A DNA stretch of 64,000 nt from Selaginella moellendorffii (GCF_000143415.4 NW_003314277.1:1140652-1204651), one strand, 5' to 3'; positions 26,515 to 40,707 are shown, numbered from the stretch's first letter. Numbers and translations: made by a program. The notes: a model not told the origin generated them from the letters alone.

Positions 26515-29090
26515 ACCAAGTAGACTAGAAAGTCCTTCAAGCCATAATGTGCAAAATAGGGATCCCATAGGAATACATCAATTGGATAGCATCTATGTAC
26601 TACACAACGTTTAGCCAAGTCACCATCAATGCCACTCTAGGACAGTTGTTCAAACTTCAAAGATCCATGCACCAAGGCTGCCCCCTTGCCCCTTACCTCT
26701 TCTTATTTATTGTAGATGCCCTAGTGTATTACCTCATACGACCTGGTGGTTTGATAGGGATGTCCCTCCCTGGCTGTTAGAACTCATTACAGGATATGCT
26801 CTCGACAACCAACAAGGACCTTCTCTCCTTAGCCTTCACAGATGACATAGGGGTAGTAGCAAAGGGATCACCAGTAAATCTATCACGTCTAAAGTAGAAC
26901 TTTGACCTTTTCAATGAAGTAGTGGGCTCAAAAGTGAACTAGTCCAAATCGGTGGGGCTTTGGTTATCACAAGACCAACCATCCACATGGGGAACTGAAA
27001 TAGGCTTCAAGTGGGTACACTTAGACGAGACCACTTGATAGCTCGGATTCTAAATAGGATATCACTATGTTTTTGAACCTCAAAACTGCAAGGCAATCAC
27101 AAAATTATAGGACCAACTCAAGTTCTGGGCAAGCAGGAAACTGCCCTTCTCGGCACACTGTGTTGTAGCCAACAACATCCTCCTCGGTGCAATCTTGTTT
27201 CTCACGTCCTGTTGGAACTTAAATTAAAGGACAATCCAAGATATGAACTAGCTGATCAAGATATATGTATGGAAAGGTTCCTCTTGTGTCTCATGAGGAA
27301 GTGCCAAAGTGGACTAGCAATTGGTCACACTGCCCAAGCACGAAGGAGGACTGAACATCATCAATATTGAGGAACAATGCAAGGCCCTCCTTTCAAGATC
27401 TTCATGAGGATGCTCATGCTAGGAAACCAACCTTGGAGGCTACTACTATGCCACCAATTCCTTAAGATCCTCCCAGATTGCCAAGAATACACACAACAGG
27501 ATTGGGCACTAGATAAACAATGGATGTTCTTAGACACCAAACTCAAAATGCCAGATGCCAACACCTTCACAAGGAAGTTTTTCAAGATCTGGAACTAATT
27601 CAAGTCCAAGCTACAACGCAAACAACTACAGTCCAAAGAATAGTTGGACCGACAACCAATTTTCCTCAACAAGTGGTTCCAAGTCGTGGGAAATTGAAAA
27701 TCGAGGCTTGGACCAAACCTATAGAGATCTACACAAAGCAGGCATGCGCACGTTCACAGAGGCTAATACCATGATCCAAGAGAATCAAACGGCCAACAAC
27801 TGCGACCAAATCAAAGCCTTCTATAGGCTAGACATCTCAAAACATAGGATGTGAAAATTCCAAACTACCTTCCATAAAGCCCACCAAGCGTGCCTTGAGA
27901 CATTATAGGTACCTAATATGTCAAATCATTGATGGTGGAAGCTAAATGACACTATCATCTACACACTCCCAAGTAGGACATCTGGCTTGATCTTTGAGGT
28001 GGAACACACGGGATGACTTCTTCCCATCAATACCCCAGAATATGAGGATCTCTCAAACATGATTGTTACCCAGCCTATCTGCATCATCCAGATGGAGAAG
28101 AAGATTGCATGCATAAACCCAGCGATTTTGGAGTGATAGTATGCTAGACTCTATTGGTTTTGCCACTAAACCCTAGATGAATTATAGTGGGACCTAGTGG
28201 AGTGGGAATGGAAGGACACATGCAAGGGGTTCTTTTAATATAAGACCAAGCTCGGCCAATGAATGATTCGCCCCTCAACTCATTCCATTTTTATCCAAAA
28301 AGCAAGAGCTTAATAGATCCTCCCCCGGAACCACTTACAATGTGTGAACAAGATCTGGAAAGGCCGCTGATCTACCAAAAATTGCTATTTCATATGGCTA
28401 GCCCAACAAGAATGACTCCCCTCACTCGTGGCAATACACCTCCTGAACACAGCGTGCAATGTTTGTGGAGCAAAAGAGACATAACAACATATATTATAGG
28501 AATGCTCGGCAATATAGAAAGTTTGGGAGGGAGCCATGGCAATCCCTCACAAGGAAGCACAGTTATCACCTACGAATCGACACTCTGGGGTAGCTTCCTT
28601 CAAGGGAAGACCAAACGCTTGGACACCTGGAAATGGAAGCACAACGAACACCCCCACTTTGACAAACTCAATTGAACGCACACTCACTTCACACATTTCT
28701 ATCAAGAACTCTTTGATGTTCTCAGAGGATGTACTCTAACAGAGATCTAGAAGGCCCACTATACTAGGATGTTCAATGACAAGAACCTCTTAGCTTGGGC
28801 AACAATCTCAAAGGTCTAGTCATGACTGATCATCACACTAGAGTGGACATGCTGACGAAAAGAGGGAATAAAGGAAAAATCGCTCAAGAATACACTCTCT
28901 AGTCATTCTTTAGACACGAAAGTGAGGTTGGCAAAGACAAATGGATATGGAAACCACCACTATGGCTTTGGCACCACTTGTTTACAAGTGACAAAACATA
29001 TACCTCCTTGAGTCCCGCAAACTCCCCATGAAGGACTTCGGCCATATCGACCACGATGGATAGGGACACAAGCTTCACCTCACCTCCCCC
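26515..29090 (+). mobile_element. LINE (L1-like) ORF2 3' fragment: RT and C-terminal zinc-binding region, pseudogenised
   Basis: RSMHQGCPLAPYLFLFIVDAL, LAFTDD (YADD equivalent), LPKHEGGLNI; many W>stop changes. Confidence 0.85.
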
Positions 29091-29107
29091 CCATTGACCA
29101 ATTTCTC

Positions 29108-32100
29108 ATCTAGCTCAAGTGGGAATTGATAACGAATCTAGCAATACTGACCTCTTGCCGTCATGACAATAAGGAAAGAATGTCCAAAAGGACTAGCTGA
29201 CATATAGCTTTCAATATCCAAAGTCACATTCGCAACAAACATCCTACCAATGTTTCAAACCTCAGAGACCAATCTAAAATAAACCACAAAGAACATATGG
29301 TAATGTGAAAAGTCATAAGCCATCAAAAAGAACAACTAAATATTATGAAAGATTATTCCATCAATAAAGATATGTATAATCGTCGTCAAAGAAAGAATTC
29401 ACTATCCTGAAGAATAGCAAATCATTTTAGATTAACAATAATCAAATAAAACCTTTTAAAAGGATAATTAGCTATTCTAGATGATAGTTAATCATCACCA
29501 ATGATTGCCATATGCAAATACTAACTTCAATATCGAAACTAAAAAGCTCCCCAACAACTCCTAACAAATGGACCAATGAGTATAAAACTCAAAAAACCAA
29601 AAACTCAAAAATATTTACACCCAAGTCTTGCCTAATAATGATCATAAATTTTGCATGAACTAAATTCAATGCTGAAAAAGAAATCATGGTACAACCCATA
29701 ATATTCTCCTCAACATATCCATAAACTAAACTATATAATACTAAAGCTAATAAAAAGCATTTTTGCATCAATCTAAAAGCCAAACACAACAAAGCTTATG
29801 CTCAACAATTTTTTCGCACTTATTATAAAGTGAGTTAAATCTAACAAAAAACCAATATCTTCAATATCAATCACTAACTTTTCTTCTCGTAAAGCTATTA
29901 TAGTTCATGATTAAATCACTTTTCAAGGAAAAATTCAGCAGTATAGCCCAACCCCTACTAAATAATCTTGTCTACAGCATAATTAACTCAAATTTTCCAC
30001 TCAATTTATTTTAATATCAATATAGTTGCTAACTAGCAAATACACAAATGCACAAAGCTACAACCAAATCATTAACACCACTGCATCGAGACTAATGAAG
30101 CTCAATATCAATTCTATTGAGAGATATGTCATTTCACTCTAATTTCAATATCAACAATATCAATGACAAGGCATCATTTTATTTCCATGAACACCATAAC
30201 AAAACTAATATAAAACAAGAGTGAATTACCACTCAAAGCTTTTTAGTAACTTAGTTAACCAAAGTCAAAAATACCTTGCTCAATATCTGGGATTAAACCT
30301 TTAGTAAAACTCAATTACAAATAACATATCATTAAAGAGTGATTCACCACATCCAAGACTCAATATAATCTAACACTATAGACTAAATACAACCAAATAA
30401 TATCGATAGAGGTAGAATCAACATGCCAACATGGAAAAGTTATGTAAGTTTAATAACATGATCTTCCACAACACCATTTGGTAAAGTAAGTCTATCACTA
30501 TTAAATCATCATCGAGCTAAACAAGTGTCAATAGTCCTTGATGAAATATACAAATAGTTACAAAACAACCAATAATCACTCTTTAATTTACCTTTCACAA
30601 GACCCAAACATTAAATTCATGCCATCAAGTCATATACTTGTCCAATAGAAAGATACACTCAAGGTACTAGATATAGGAACACGGACAAACATGGACTAAA
30701 TAACCATTTGAATCCAATTGAACTGTCGTAAACTCACCAACACATTTAGCCATAGCTCTAAGTAAATTTTGAAGAGGCTAGCTATACATAATTAACACTC
30801 AGTCTAAACTAAAGTGAAGACCATAAGATAGACTCATATGGTATATAACCTCTTAATAGACAAAGCTATAGTACGGATATTAACATCTCAACCTTAAACA
30901 ACTAAGTTAAACATTCCTATCTTCAGCCAAGGTGCAGGGCCACCAAGACCAAGTTAAAATTAGTGAGAGCTCATTACTCTCATAAAGCATTAACGAAATA
31001 TAAGGTGTAACCTACCACTAAACATAACATTATAAAAGAAAGGCACAAGGGTCATATTTCTAAAAAAGCTTAATAGCCACTTTTTTACACTAACTTCAGA
31101 CTCTATCCAACTTAATTACCTTAACCCCAAAAGTTAGCCTCCCTTTCAGGTCACATCATACAAACTACTCACTAAGATTTAAGCTAACCAAACTCAATTC
31201 CAACCCCTTCACTAGTTTGTATTAGCTTATGAAAACGGAATGGTTTTCAAGCAAAATGATCAACAAATCAAACATTGTTAAAGCCTAAGAAAAATTTGTA
31301 AAAAAAATTCCATTCTAAAAAAAAAATGACTCTCAATCTAAAATTACAAACTTTCAAAACTCAACTAACTTTCTTACTTACAACTTTACAAAGATTCACC
31401 TCAACACAAATTTTCATGACTCAACAGTATGTCTAAGCATTGAATATCTTGCCTATATATTTGACATTTGACATCCATAAAATGCAAATGCATACCTAAG
31501 ACCTGATCACGAAAACCATATCTTCAGATATTCATATTGCACTAATACTCTTCTTTAATCACATTTGAAATCCAATGTAAAGCTAAAACACTAACAAGAA
31601 AAATGACATGGAAAACAAGCTCTAAGGAAATTTCTTCATCACTCAATATAACAATGCCATTTCCACTAGCACAAGTTTTAGTAATGTCAATGTCTCAACT
31701 ACACATGTTCTCCATTTAATAATTTACTCCAAGTGCTAACAAATAAACTAACAAGTCATAGCAAGTGAATGTTATAACCCCTTCCAACATCTCAATAAGC
31801 AACCCTTTAAAAACTAAAGTATCGACATAATCTTAGCATAATGGATCACTATTGAGAATCCAGTCAAAGCTACTACAATGCTACTACGTGCAAGTAAACT
31901 AACTTCACTATCAACTATTTTGGGGTTGATCATTGTTGAACCAGACAACTTCATAAGCACATTACTCATTATCACATAGATATGATATAAATATCACAAT
32001 AACTTAATCATCAATAGAATAATACCACAAGCAAATGTACATTATTACTTTAAAAGTCTACATAAGTATGAAATGCCAACTCTATTTGACAAAATGCAAC

Positions 32101-34088
32101 ATAAATGTTACACCCCACCAATCGAGATTTACAACATCAAACACCATCAATTTTGTTCATAACATAAATATGCTCATGCCACACTCTTTTTTACCAAACT
32201 CAAAACTAATCCAACACTAAACTACTTAAGGAGCAATAACAAGGTTCCCTAAAAAAGAATTTAGCATTGTAACTTAAATCTTCAATAGCAAGCATAGACA
32301 AAATGGTATAGTGCTTCACTGTTATCCATCCCATAACTCACCATTTATAAGACCATCATAACTAATATACATCAAGGTAGGGACTCTTGATTGTATAATT
32401 TGAATATGAGTAATGATTTCACACCTTGTTGCCAAATTATCTTTCAAAGAAGTGAAGATGATTTACATGTTTAATCCTTTATCCCTGATAACTCTCTTTT
32501 TGGTCTTGACTTTGACCAAACCTCAAGACTATGTGCACATTACTTTTAGTTCAATCCAAGAAAAGTTATAAGAGGGCACAACAATGATTACTTGAACCAA
32601 TAGATTACTCTACAATCTTGATCCACTTTTAATCATACATAGGAAGGATCCATTAGTGCCATGCTAAACAACTATGGACCAACATATTTGCCACTCATAA
32701 CTAACCTAAGAGAGGTTTTCTTTTTACCTATAATACATGGTTCATAACCTCCGATAAGCTAACATTAATCCTACCAACTCAAAGTGTAACCTTGAGTTAT
32801 TAATATGCCTCACAAGCCCAAATGCAAACTCATGCAAACAGAACATCTCAATCCATCTTATGAGCCCAAAAGTGAGCTCACATAATATAGTATAAAAAGT
32901 AACCAAAATCCATACCCAAGTAAAGCCTTAACACCTAAATGTGTACACACTCAGATCATCATCTTCATCTCTACATATGCAACAAGACTAGTTGCCCAAT
33001 TTTATTGGATAGTACTTATTGAAATGTATTCTTTAATACCAAATGTAACAGTTTTCCACCCTTTATCCTATAGTGATTTACCATAAAATAACCATGAAGC
33101 AGAACTTAAATCCTCCATATGCCATATGTTATATGCTATATGCCACATGCCATGTGTCCAAGGACAGTGGAGCAAAACCTAAGTTTTAGCACCTTGGGCA
33201 ATTGAATGAAGGAATGAAGCCAAACTCCTAAGTATGGAGCTAGAAATTAGAGTATAGAGTGACTTATGAATATACAACCCAAGAAATAAAAAAACAAAAG
33301 CATGGAGCAACTTGAAATAGTCCTAGAGCATCTAATATCCCAATTCCAAGACCAATATGCAAAATAGAGCCAAACATAGTTTAGTGTTATTTCAATATAT
33401 TAGCGACCTAATGTGAGGATATAGACTCTCCACTAACTAGCATAATATGAAACTTAAGCTTAGACCCAAATTGCACATAGAACAAAAATAGGCATGCAAA
33501 CAGAGCTAGACTATGCCTTAAGTTTCCACTTTTAATACCAAAAGTTAGTCTTTAGAACAAACTTGAAATTTATTAAATATCAAATAGTTTGAAATTGTGA
33601 CTTTGGACATGGGACCAAAACCATTGTGTTATAGATAATCTCTACATTCCATAGATATGTAAAACTAACAGATCTAGACACTTTCCACATATAACAATTG
33701 GGATTGAATAGGACTAACATAAAGGGCATAATAGCGAAGGTATTTAGTAAACACAATAAGCTATCATCTAGCAATATGGAGGGACCAAATTTAATATTAT
33801 AAGGGTTCTTAACACTAGCAAGTGCAAATTAACAACATAAGCTTCTTATCACCATGTCAAGTATGTTTGACTAAATAATAATTTAAAATTTCCTTCCTTA
33901 GTGCCCTTCTAGTCTAAATGTACATGTGATTACCAATTTCTCTAGGCAAAGACTAATAACGGGTTCAGCAATATTGACCTGAACCCTTTATTATGGTTCA
34001 GGTCAATAATAACCATAATAAACCAAAGGAATAAGGAAAAAGGACTAGTCAACAAGTAACTTCGATGCCTATAATCATATTTGTGACA
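29108..34088 (-). mobile_element. Inverted copy of the long-LTR family (5' LTR 34088-33044, PBS, internal region; LTR fragment 29108-29237)
   Basis: On the minus strand the LTR starts TGTCAC at 34088 and ends TGTTACA at 33044; PBS TGGTATTAAAG; internal region collinear with 5100-8500. Confidence 0.8.
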
Positions 34089-34554
34089 AAGATAGTATTG
34101 TAACTTATATTTTATTTGGTAGCAGCCATGTTAAGTTACTTAAAGGGCATATGCAGAAGAACTAATTTAGATACAATAGTGACCAACAATTCAATCCTTG
34201 TTAATGCCTGAGCCACAACCTATACAAAAAGCCTCTACCAGCCCCTTACCACATAGAATAGGCAACTTGGGTGCAAGCCCATTTTGGCAGTTAACAGGTG
34301 TGTATGCGGCCTTCACAGGGTTGTGCCCGAGCAGTTAAAACATGTGGCAATAAGTGCAGATGTTCTCAAAGAACAATAGGTAAAGATCTATTCTTGGTTA
34401 TAACATTTTTCAATTCAACCATCACAGATAGTTCAATTAATTAACTCAACAACCAAAAGTCAGCCCATGAAAGAGTGGACATTGGAATCAATCAGTACCA
34501 ACCATACATATAGTTGGACTTGACTTGGCTCATTAATTGTCAAGTTAAAATCAG

Positions 34555-36166
34555 ATGATGGATTTAGGTTTTTCACTTCAAAGCTTGATTCCGAAAATGT
34601 GCCTGGCTTTTGTTGTTGTTCTGCTTCTAATCATGATCGCCTCCTCATTCCTCAGAAAATTGCAAGCTCAACATGGTCAGCTTCCACCAGGTCCTATGCC
34701 TCTCCCAGTTTTAGGATCACTTCTTTCTCTCAGGAATCCGCTGCACCGTCACTTTGCAAGCCTCACAAAGATCTATGGACCCATAATCCATATCAAGCTC
34801 GGGCTTGTGTCTTACATAGTTGTGAACAGCTCTGAGATGGCCAGGGAGGTCCTGAGAGCTCATGATGTGGAGTTTGCTTACAGGCCACTTTCAAAATTCG
34901 GAGAATACTTCAGCTTCGGATGGAAAGATGTTGTGCTTGCTCCTTATGGAGAGTCCTGGAAGAACCTGAAGATGATCACGGCTCGACACTTGCTGAATCC
35001 CAGCAGGCTGGATGCTGCTGCTGCTTACCAAGAATCTGAAATGGCGCTCGTGGTCAAAGATGTTGGACGTCTTGCCACCGCCTCCAAAGTCATCAATCTC
35101 AAACATTTCATTGGTAAGTTTGTCTCTGGTGCGTTCTGCCAGGTTCTGTTTGGAAAGAGAGATGTGCCGGTTGTGGATTTGATCAGCCTGATTGAGAAGC
35201 AAACCCTGAGCATCAATGTCGGGAAGTTCATACCGCCACTTGATTGTCTTGATCTCCATGGAGTGAACCGGAGAATGAGGGATGATCTGATGCCAAAGTT
35301 GGAGTCTCTCTTTGCTGGTATTATCCAAGAACACAAACAGTGCAAACTCAACATTGAATCCTCGGGCAAGAAATTCATTCCCAAGGACTGGACGGATGTG
35401 CTTCTGTCTCTGCAAGACGCTGCTGATAATAATCTCTCAGATATATCAATTATGGCCCTCGTCACTGTTAAGTATCCGCAAAGTTCTCCATGGACAGTTT
35501 TCTAATCAGGGCTATGTCGGATGTTTGTTTCAGGACCTGGTTGTAGCGGGAATTGACGACATGAAGGGAGCTGTAGAGTGGGCGATGGCAGAAGTGATTC
35601 AGAACCCCCCTGTCATGCAAAAAGCGCAGGAAGAAATCCAAGAGGCAATCGGGACCGAGCGCCTCCTAAGGCCTTCAGATGTCCCCGGCTTGCCTTACAT
35701 GCACGCAATCCTGAAAGAGGTGTTGCGACTTCATCCAACAGGCCCACTTGGAGTCCCTCATTTTAATCCCAAGGAAGCTGTTCTAGCTGGCTACAGGATC
35801 CCGAAAGAGTCCACTGTGCTCATCAACATCTGGGCAATTGGACGAGATCCAAAACACTGGCTTGACCCAGAAGACTTCCGTCCTGAACGCTTTCAAGGAA
35901 CCGAGATCAAGGTGGTCGGACAAGAAGCGCAGCTGGAGATGATCCCATTTTCTGCTGGACGCAGGATGTGCCCGGGGCATCCAGTTGCTGTTCGTTTCAT
36001 CCCCTTTGCAGTTGCAAGCCTGATTCATGCCTTTGATTGGAGCCTTCCACCGGATCAAAACTCGGTCGACCTGATGGAGAAGGGTGGTACAATCGCAAGC
36101 AAGCTGGCTTCAGAGCTAACAGCTGTCGCAAGTCCCCGGTTGAGCTGCAAATCTCTGTATGAATGA
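34555..36166 (+). CDS. Cytochrome P450 (CYP71 clan), 2 exons (34555-35466, 35534-36166)
   Basis: N-terminal anchor plus LPPGPMPLPVLG; KEVLR (ExxR), PERF and PFSAGRRMCPG heme motif; single GT-AG intron at the conserved CYP71-clan position; I-helix reads AGIDD. Confidence 0.93.
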
Positions 36167-36272
36167 GGAATTCAACTGCCGGACTATTATATATCAGTGC
36201 GCTGATCCAAACATATCCAGTCTTTGACTTGAATGACAATCGTTTTCCGGAGCCACTGGCACCAATATTCCT

Positions 36273-36378
36273 TTGGTTCTGGTGGTACCTTCCTATCTGT
36301 GTTGAGCTTGCGATTTTCCGAAGAATGAGGAGGCGATGATTAGAAGCAGAAGAACAAGAACATCCAGCCACATTTTTG
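36273..36378 (-). repeat. Inverted copy of the P450 5' coding region
   Basis: Reverse complement matches ~34591-34697 (ctgcttctaatcat..cgcctcctcattc..gcaagctcaaca..ccaccag). Confidence 0.8.
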
Positions 36379-37756
36379 GAATTAACATCCTTGCAGGAGG
36401 ATACGACGTATGGCTACACCAGTTTCCGGATCTCCCCTGGGCCATACGAGCACACGTTCCATGAAGGTCATGATCAAGTGGTCCTGGGCCAAGGCCGATT
36501 AACTACAACCACCGTTCTCGTATATGCGCAGAGCCAGATGTCGAACCATCGGCCCTCTCACGCTTACGACCACAAGAGAAGTCCACAATATGATCCGGTC
36601 AGTGATCCCAATCCACGGTACGTATGTATTATGACCTTCAGCCAAGACGGTGACGATACGATCTTCATGTTGGATCCATCTGCGCACAAGAGATGACTAG
36701 AAGCTCATCCTCCTCAGGACCATGACCTGAGACTACTTGAAAATATTGAGGAAGAAGATATCGTTTCTGAGCGTTCTTTTAGAGATTCGTCACGGTAAAA
36801 CTTCCACCTTTAACATTTGGAATCCTTTCTTTGTTTTCTGGCATTAAGTTCAAACATCAATTCTCTCTACGTGGAGCTGGCCTGCTACTTTTTCAATGAC
36901 AACGACAAGGATATTCGCAACTACCGGGATTGATGAAATAACCGGACGATCGAGCTCTTCAAGAACTGAGGTTAGTCTTCGACAGGATCAAACTCCACCC
37001 AGGCCATAGGAGCCAAGATCAGTTCATGCCAACGGATGTTTTCGGTGGTTTTGTGGGCCAGCCAGCGACATGGAAAGAGTTTGCACCATGCATGCCAACT
37101 GCGGCCAGGGCCTCCGCTCCAAGCTCGTGGATTTGCAGCTCGTACAAGAGGACTGGAACCATTTCATGGTCCGGGAGAGCTAATCGCTTTCGAGCTCCGA
37201 GGACATGCTTCAAGCCGTGCTACAGGTCTTGTTACAATGGGAAATATTTCAACTAAACTGTACATAGCAAGACGTTTATCTAGGATCACAGCAACGTTCT
37301 CAAATAATCATGATGCAAACGGGATGCTATGGAAGTTGTAGTAGTCGTTTGTATAATAGAATGTATACAGCATTTGATGAAACAATGAACCACATTTGGC
37401 CTGTGAGAAACAAGAACACTCAAAGATGGTCATAAACAAGGAAAGTGGATTATGGCATGTTTGTGGCCAGCAACCAGGATGACAACAGGGACGTTGAGGT
37501 TGGCAAGGACGTGGCTGAAGACGTGACTACCATCGCTCTCGAAGTTCCATTTCAAATTCTTCATGGGGTACTCCGCAGGACCATGTAAACAATGAATGAA
37601 TGAATGAATTCTATGCTGGGAAACAAGGCATTTGTCCTGTTTGAAACTTATGAGTTTGCAATATTGCAAACAACCAATTAACTTTTGAAACTTCTGGACA
37701 CAAAACTTGATTGAGTAACATTTAACTATGATCGTTTAAATTTTACTATCATAGGC

Positions 37757-38075
37757 TTGTTTCCTGTGGAGTGGCTCATCCCTCTTGTTGAGACTACTCT
37801 GGGATTAAATCTGGAGATAGGGCTTGTTATTTTGATTCTTGTTCTGCTCTTCATAATCTCCTACTTGTACTTCACCAAATTGCAAGTTGATCGTCATCCT
37901 CTTCCACCAGGTCCTAGGCCTCTCCCAGTTTTTGGTTCACTTCTTTCTCTCAGGAGCCGCTGCATCGTCACTTTCCAAGCATCGCAAATAGTTAGGGACC
38001 CTTAATCCACCTCAAGCTTGGTTGTAGTTGTGAACAGCTCCAAGATGACTAAGGAGGTCCTGAGAGCTCATGATC
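37757..38075 (+). pseudogene. P450 5' fragment (paralogue of 34555)
   Basis: PLPPGPRPLPVFGSLLSLR and VVNSSKMTKEVLRAHD with frameshifts; truncated before the AT microsatellite. Confidence 0.85.
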
Positions 38076-38130
38076 CTCTTCAAAAATGTTTTAATAGGAT
38101 AGAGTTGAAAGACACACAAAATAAAAGAGA

Positions 38131-38136
<6 letters not shown>

Positions 38137-38199
<63 letters not shown>
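38137..38199. repeat. (AT)n microsatellite
   Basis: About 31 perfect AT units. Confidence 0.98.
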
Positions 38200-38200
<1 letters not shown>

Positions 38201-39579
38201 CAATGTGAGTGCATGGTTGGACCTCACATAAAAAATTATCCAGTTACACTAGACCACATAGAAAAAGAGTTTTCAAAGATGTTCAAAGCCACAATGAAAT
38301 CGAAATATAAATTTAGAGAGATTACTAATGTCTATATTCAGCCATAGTCAGAATGATCCTAAAGTTATTACATGAAGCATGTCCAACCAAGAATGGTGAT
38401 AAAGCTGCAAAGCTTAATGACAATTTGCACAACCTTTCATCTATCTAACAATAAAACTCTAGTTCATTGACAAGTAACCTTGAACATGATCATAAGGCTT
38501 GACATGGTAAATTCTCTTAAATTGCCAATTCAGTGTTCTCTCCCCACCACTTCTGGCTTGCACTGTTGCATCATTCCCAACCCCATGTACCTGCGAGGGA
38601 GACACAAACAACCAGATCAGCCAAGAACAGCATCACCAAAACTTTTAGCTCTCACCTTCCATAATAGATTAACAAAATAATTGCATACCTGTAAGAACTA
38701 TATCAAAGAAACAAAGAAACAAAGAAAAACTGTGTTCAAACATCAACTTGCACTCCTAAAGACACTCAAATGCAGCCCCAAGCTAGTAAGAGCTAAGTGT
38801 AGCTTTTGTGTGTCCAGCAGCAATGGATGACTTTCCAGCTCCTAATTTTCTGCGAACATTTGGGGTTGGCTGAGAGTTTTATGGCATAGTCAATGAGGAA
38901 CTTGCCAGGTACAAGGTTGGAGAATACTGGAATTGTACTGAGTCAGTACAATTCTAGTGCCAAAATTTTCTAGTGCCAAAAGCTAAATGTGTGAAAACAA
39001 CAGAAAATAAAGACAAGATTAGAGTACCTCCAGGCCTTGATGAACAGTTGCTTCTACTCTTTTTTTCATTCCTACTTAACCTACATTGAAGTGAGTGAAG
39101 AAAAATTAAACTGGCAAGAAATAAATACCTGTAGGTTCTTGAAAGTTTGCAAAACTTACTTCCATGTGTTGAAGAACATCTCCAAGCCCAGGGAGAACGT
39201 GATGTGATCTTACACTGTGTCAAGATTGGTAAGCATCTTGCCCCTAAAACTTATTGTTTCTATTGTTAACATTGAGTTGCAAGGAGCTCCATGCAGCACA
39301 AGCAATTGCAATTGTATCTCTCAACTGGTGCCATGTTTTCGTAAAACATACTTAAAAGCAGTCTCACAAGTTCTTAAAAGAAACAAATTTCACAGCAAAG
39401 AGTAGGGTTTGTTGCGTGCATTCATGAGTTTGGCAGTTACCGTTGCCACAAGCAAATTCACCATCGTAACTAGCAAATCTAGTGCTCTTCCCACAACCTT
39501 GGAATTTCTCGGTCTTGTAGCATCCTCCAATAGCAAGCTCTGCACCATTGCACACGGTGAAGCTCATCCTGTCGAAAAC

Positions 39580-40460
39580 TTTCCTGTACAAGAGCGTTGA
39601 CCACCATTGTCTCCAACTCGAGCTCTTGGTTTGGCAACATGAAATCCCGATGAGCGGCCTTACACTGGCTGAGGCGTGCCAGATTCGCATAGCACCTGGG
39701 CGATTATGATCTTGTCCGGATGATCGATCTTGGAGAAGATCTCCATAGCGTCTTGGATGTGGCCCAGCGTCTTGGATGTTCCAATTGTGTGCTACCAGTT
39801 GCGAGCGGTTGCGAGCATGCATTTGCTATAGCTATTGAGCTTTCTTGACGATCGAGCAGGGGCTTAGATCCGATCCAGTCGTGCTTTTATCTACTCCACA
39901 ACTTATCAGCCTTCCTTTTTGAGCAGCTTCTTCGGCATAGCCCGCTTCATTGATCCTCCCGCGACTCCCAAAGCTTTTCACCTGTGCTGTGGACATAGCG
40001 ACGTCCCAATCGATCCCACGCGCAGGCAAACTTGCAAATTCACTGGGCATAAGCATCGATCATCGCCACCAGATCTTTCTGTAATTTTTTCCAGCCAGTC
40101 AACCTTCCTGCAGCGATCCATACTTCCTCGCAATCTATGTGGCGAAATCCCTGAAAGGCCACTCCTCCAGCGTTACACCAGGCTAACGAACGCTACCTTG
40201 TGTCCGGCTTCATCCACCTCCTCGCTGCAAGGATGGGCCGCAATCTTGAAGCCCCAAGAGAAGACGTTTTTGTCGGCGATGGCATCGAATGCCCCGCGCT
40301 TGTCGTGCGCTTGCCATACATGTCCACCAGAGGATTGCCGATACTGGTGGGCGAGTGGCGGCCATGGAATTGCAGCCGCGCTTGCATGCGTCCCACATTT
40401 CGACACAAGGGCCCCAAACTCCACCGCATCGATCGCAATGTCCGTGCTCCTGGACGCAAG
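39580..40460 (-). pseudogene. Internally deleted duplicate of the adjacent PPR gene
   Basis: Short blocks collinear with 41190-41430, 41565-41590, 42230-42245 and 42400-42925; frameshifted. Confidence 0.85.
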
Positions 40461-40707
40461 GTTTCATCGAATTCTTCCATCGAATGCTGGAGCCGGACGA
40501 CTTGGTCCACTCCACCGCGCTCCAATCATTCGCCATAGTGACAGCTGAGATGTTCTGGACTTCTGGATCGTCTCCTCCAAGCGCTCTTTCAGGATCCACG
40601 AGCAAATCTCTTTGGGCGGATTTGATTGGAATGGTTTGTTGGGGAACTTGCTTCTCCAGATGTATGTAAAAAGGTGTGGACGACTAACGCTCGAGGCCAG
40701 CACGGTT

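Noticed and set aside
33953-34020. Small foldback inside the inverted LTR
   Set aside because: Looks like a local template-switch scar in one decayed LTR copy
36376-37350. Short ORFs downstream of the P450
   Set aside because: Interrupted by stops, and no family recognisable by eye
38012-38227. YIYIYI ORFs, and the EREREREI extensions upstream of peptide copies B and C
   Set aside because: Translations of (AT)n and (GA)n microsatellites
38230-39570. Possible minus-strand exon remnants, including a GAGKS stretch
   Set aside because: No consistent frame or domain context; the P-loop-like match is probably chance
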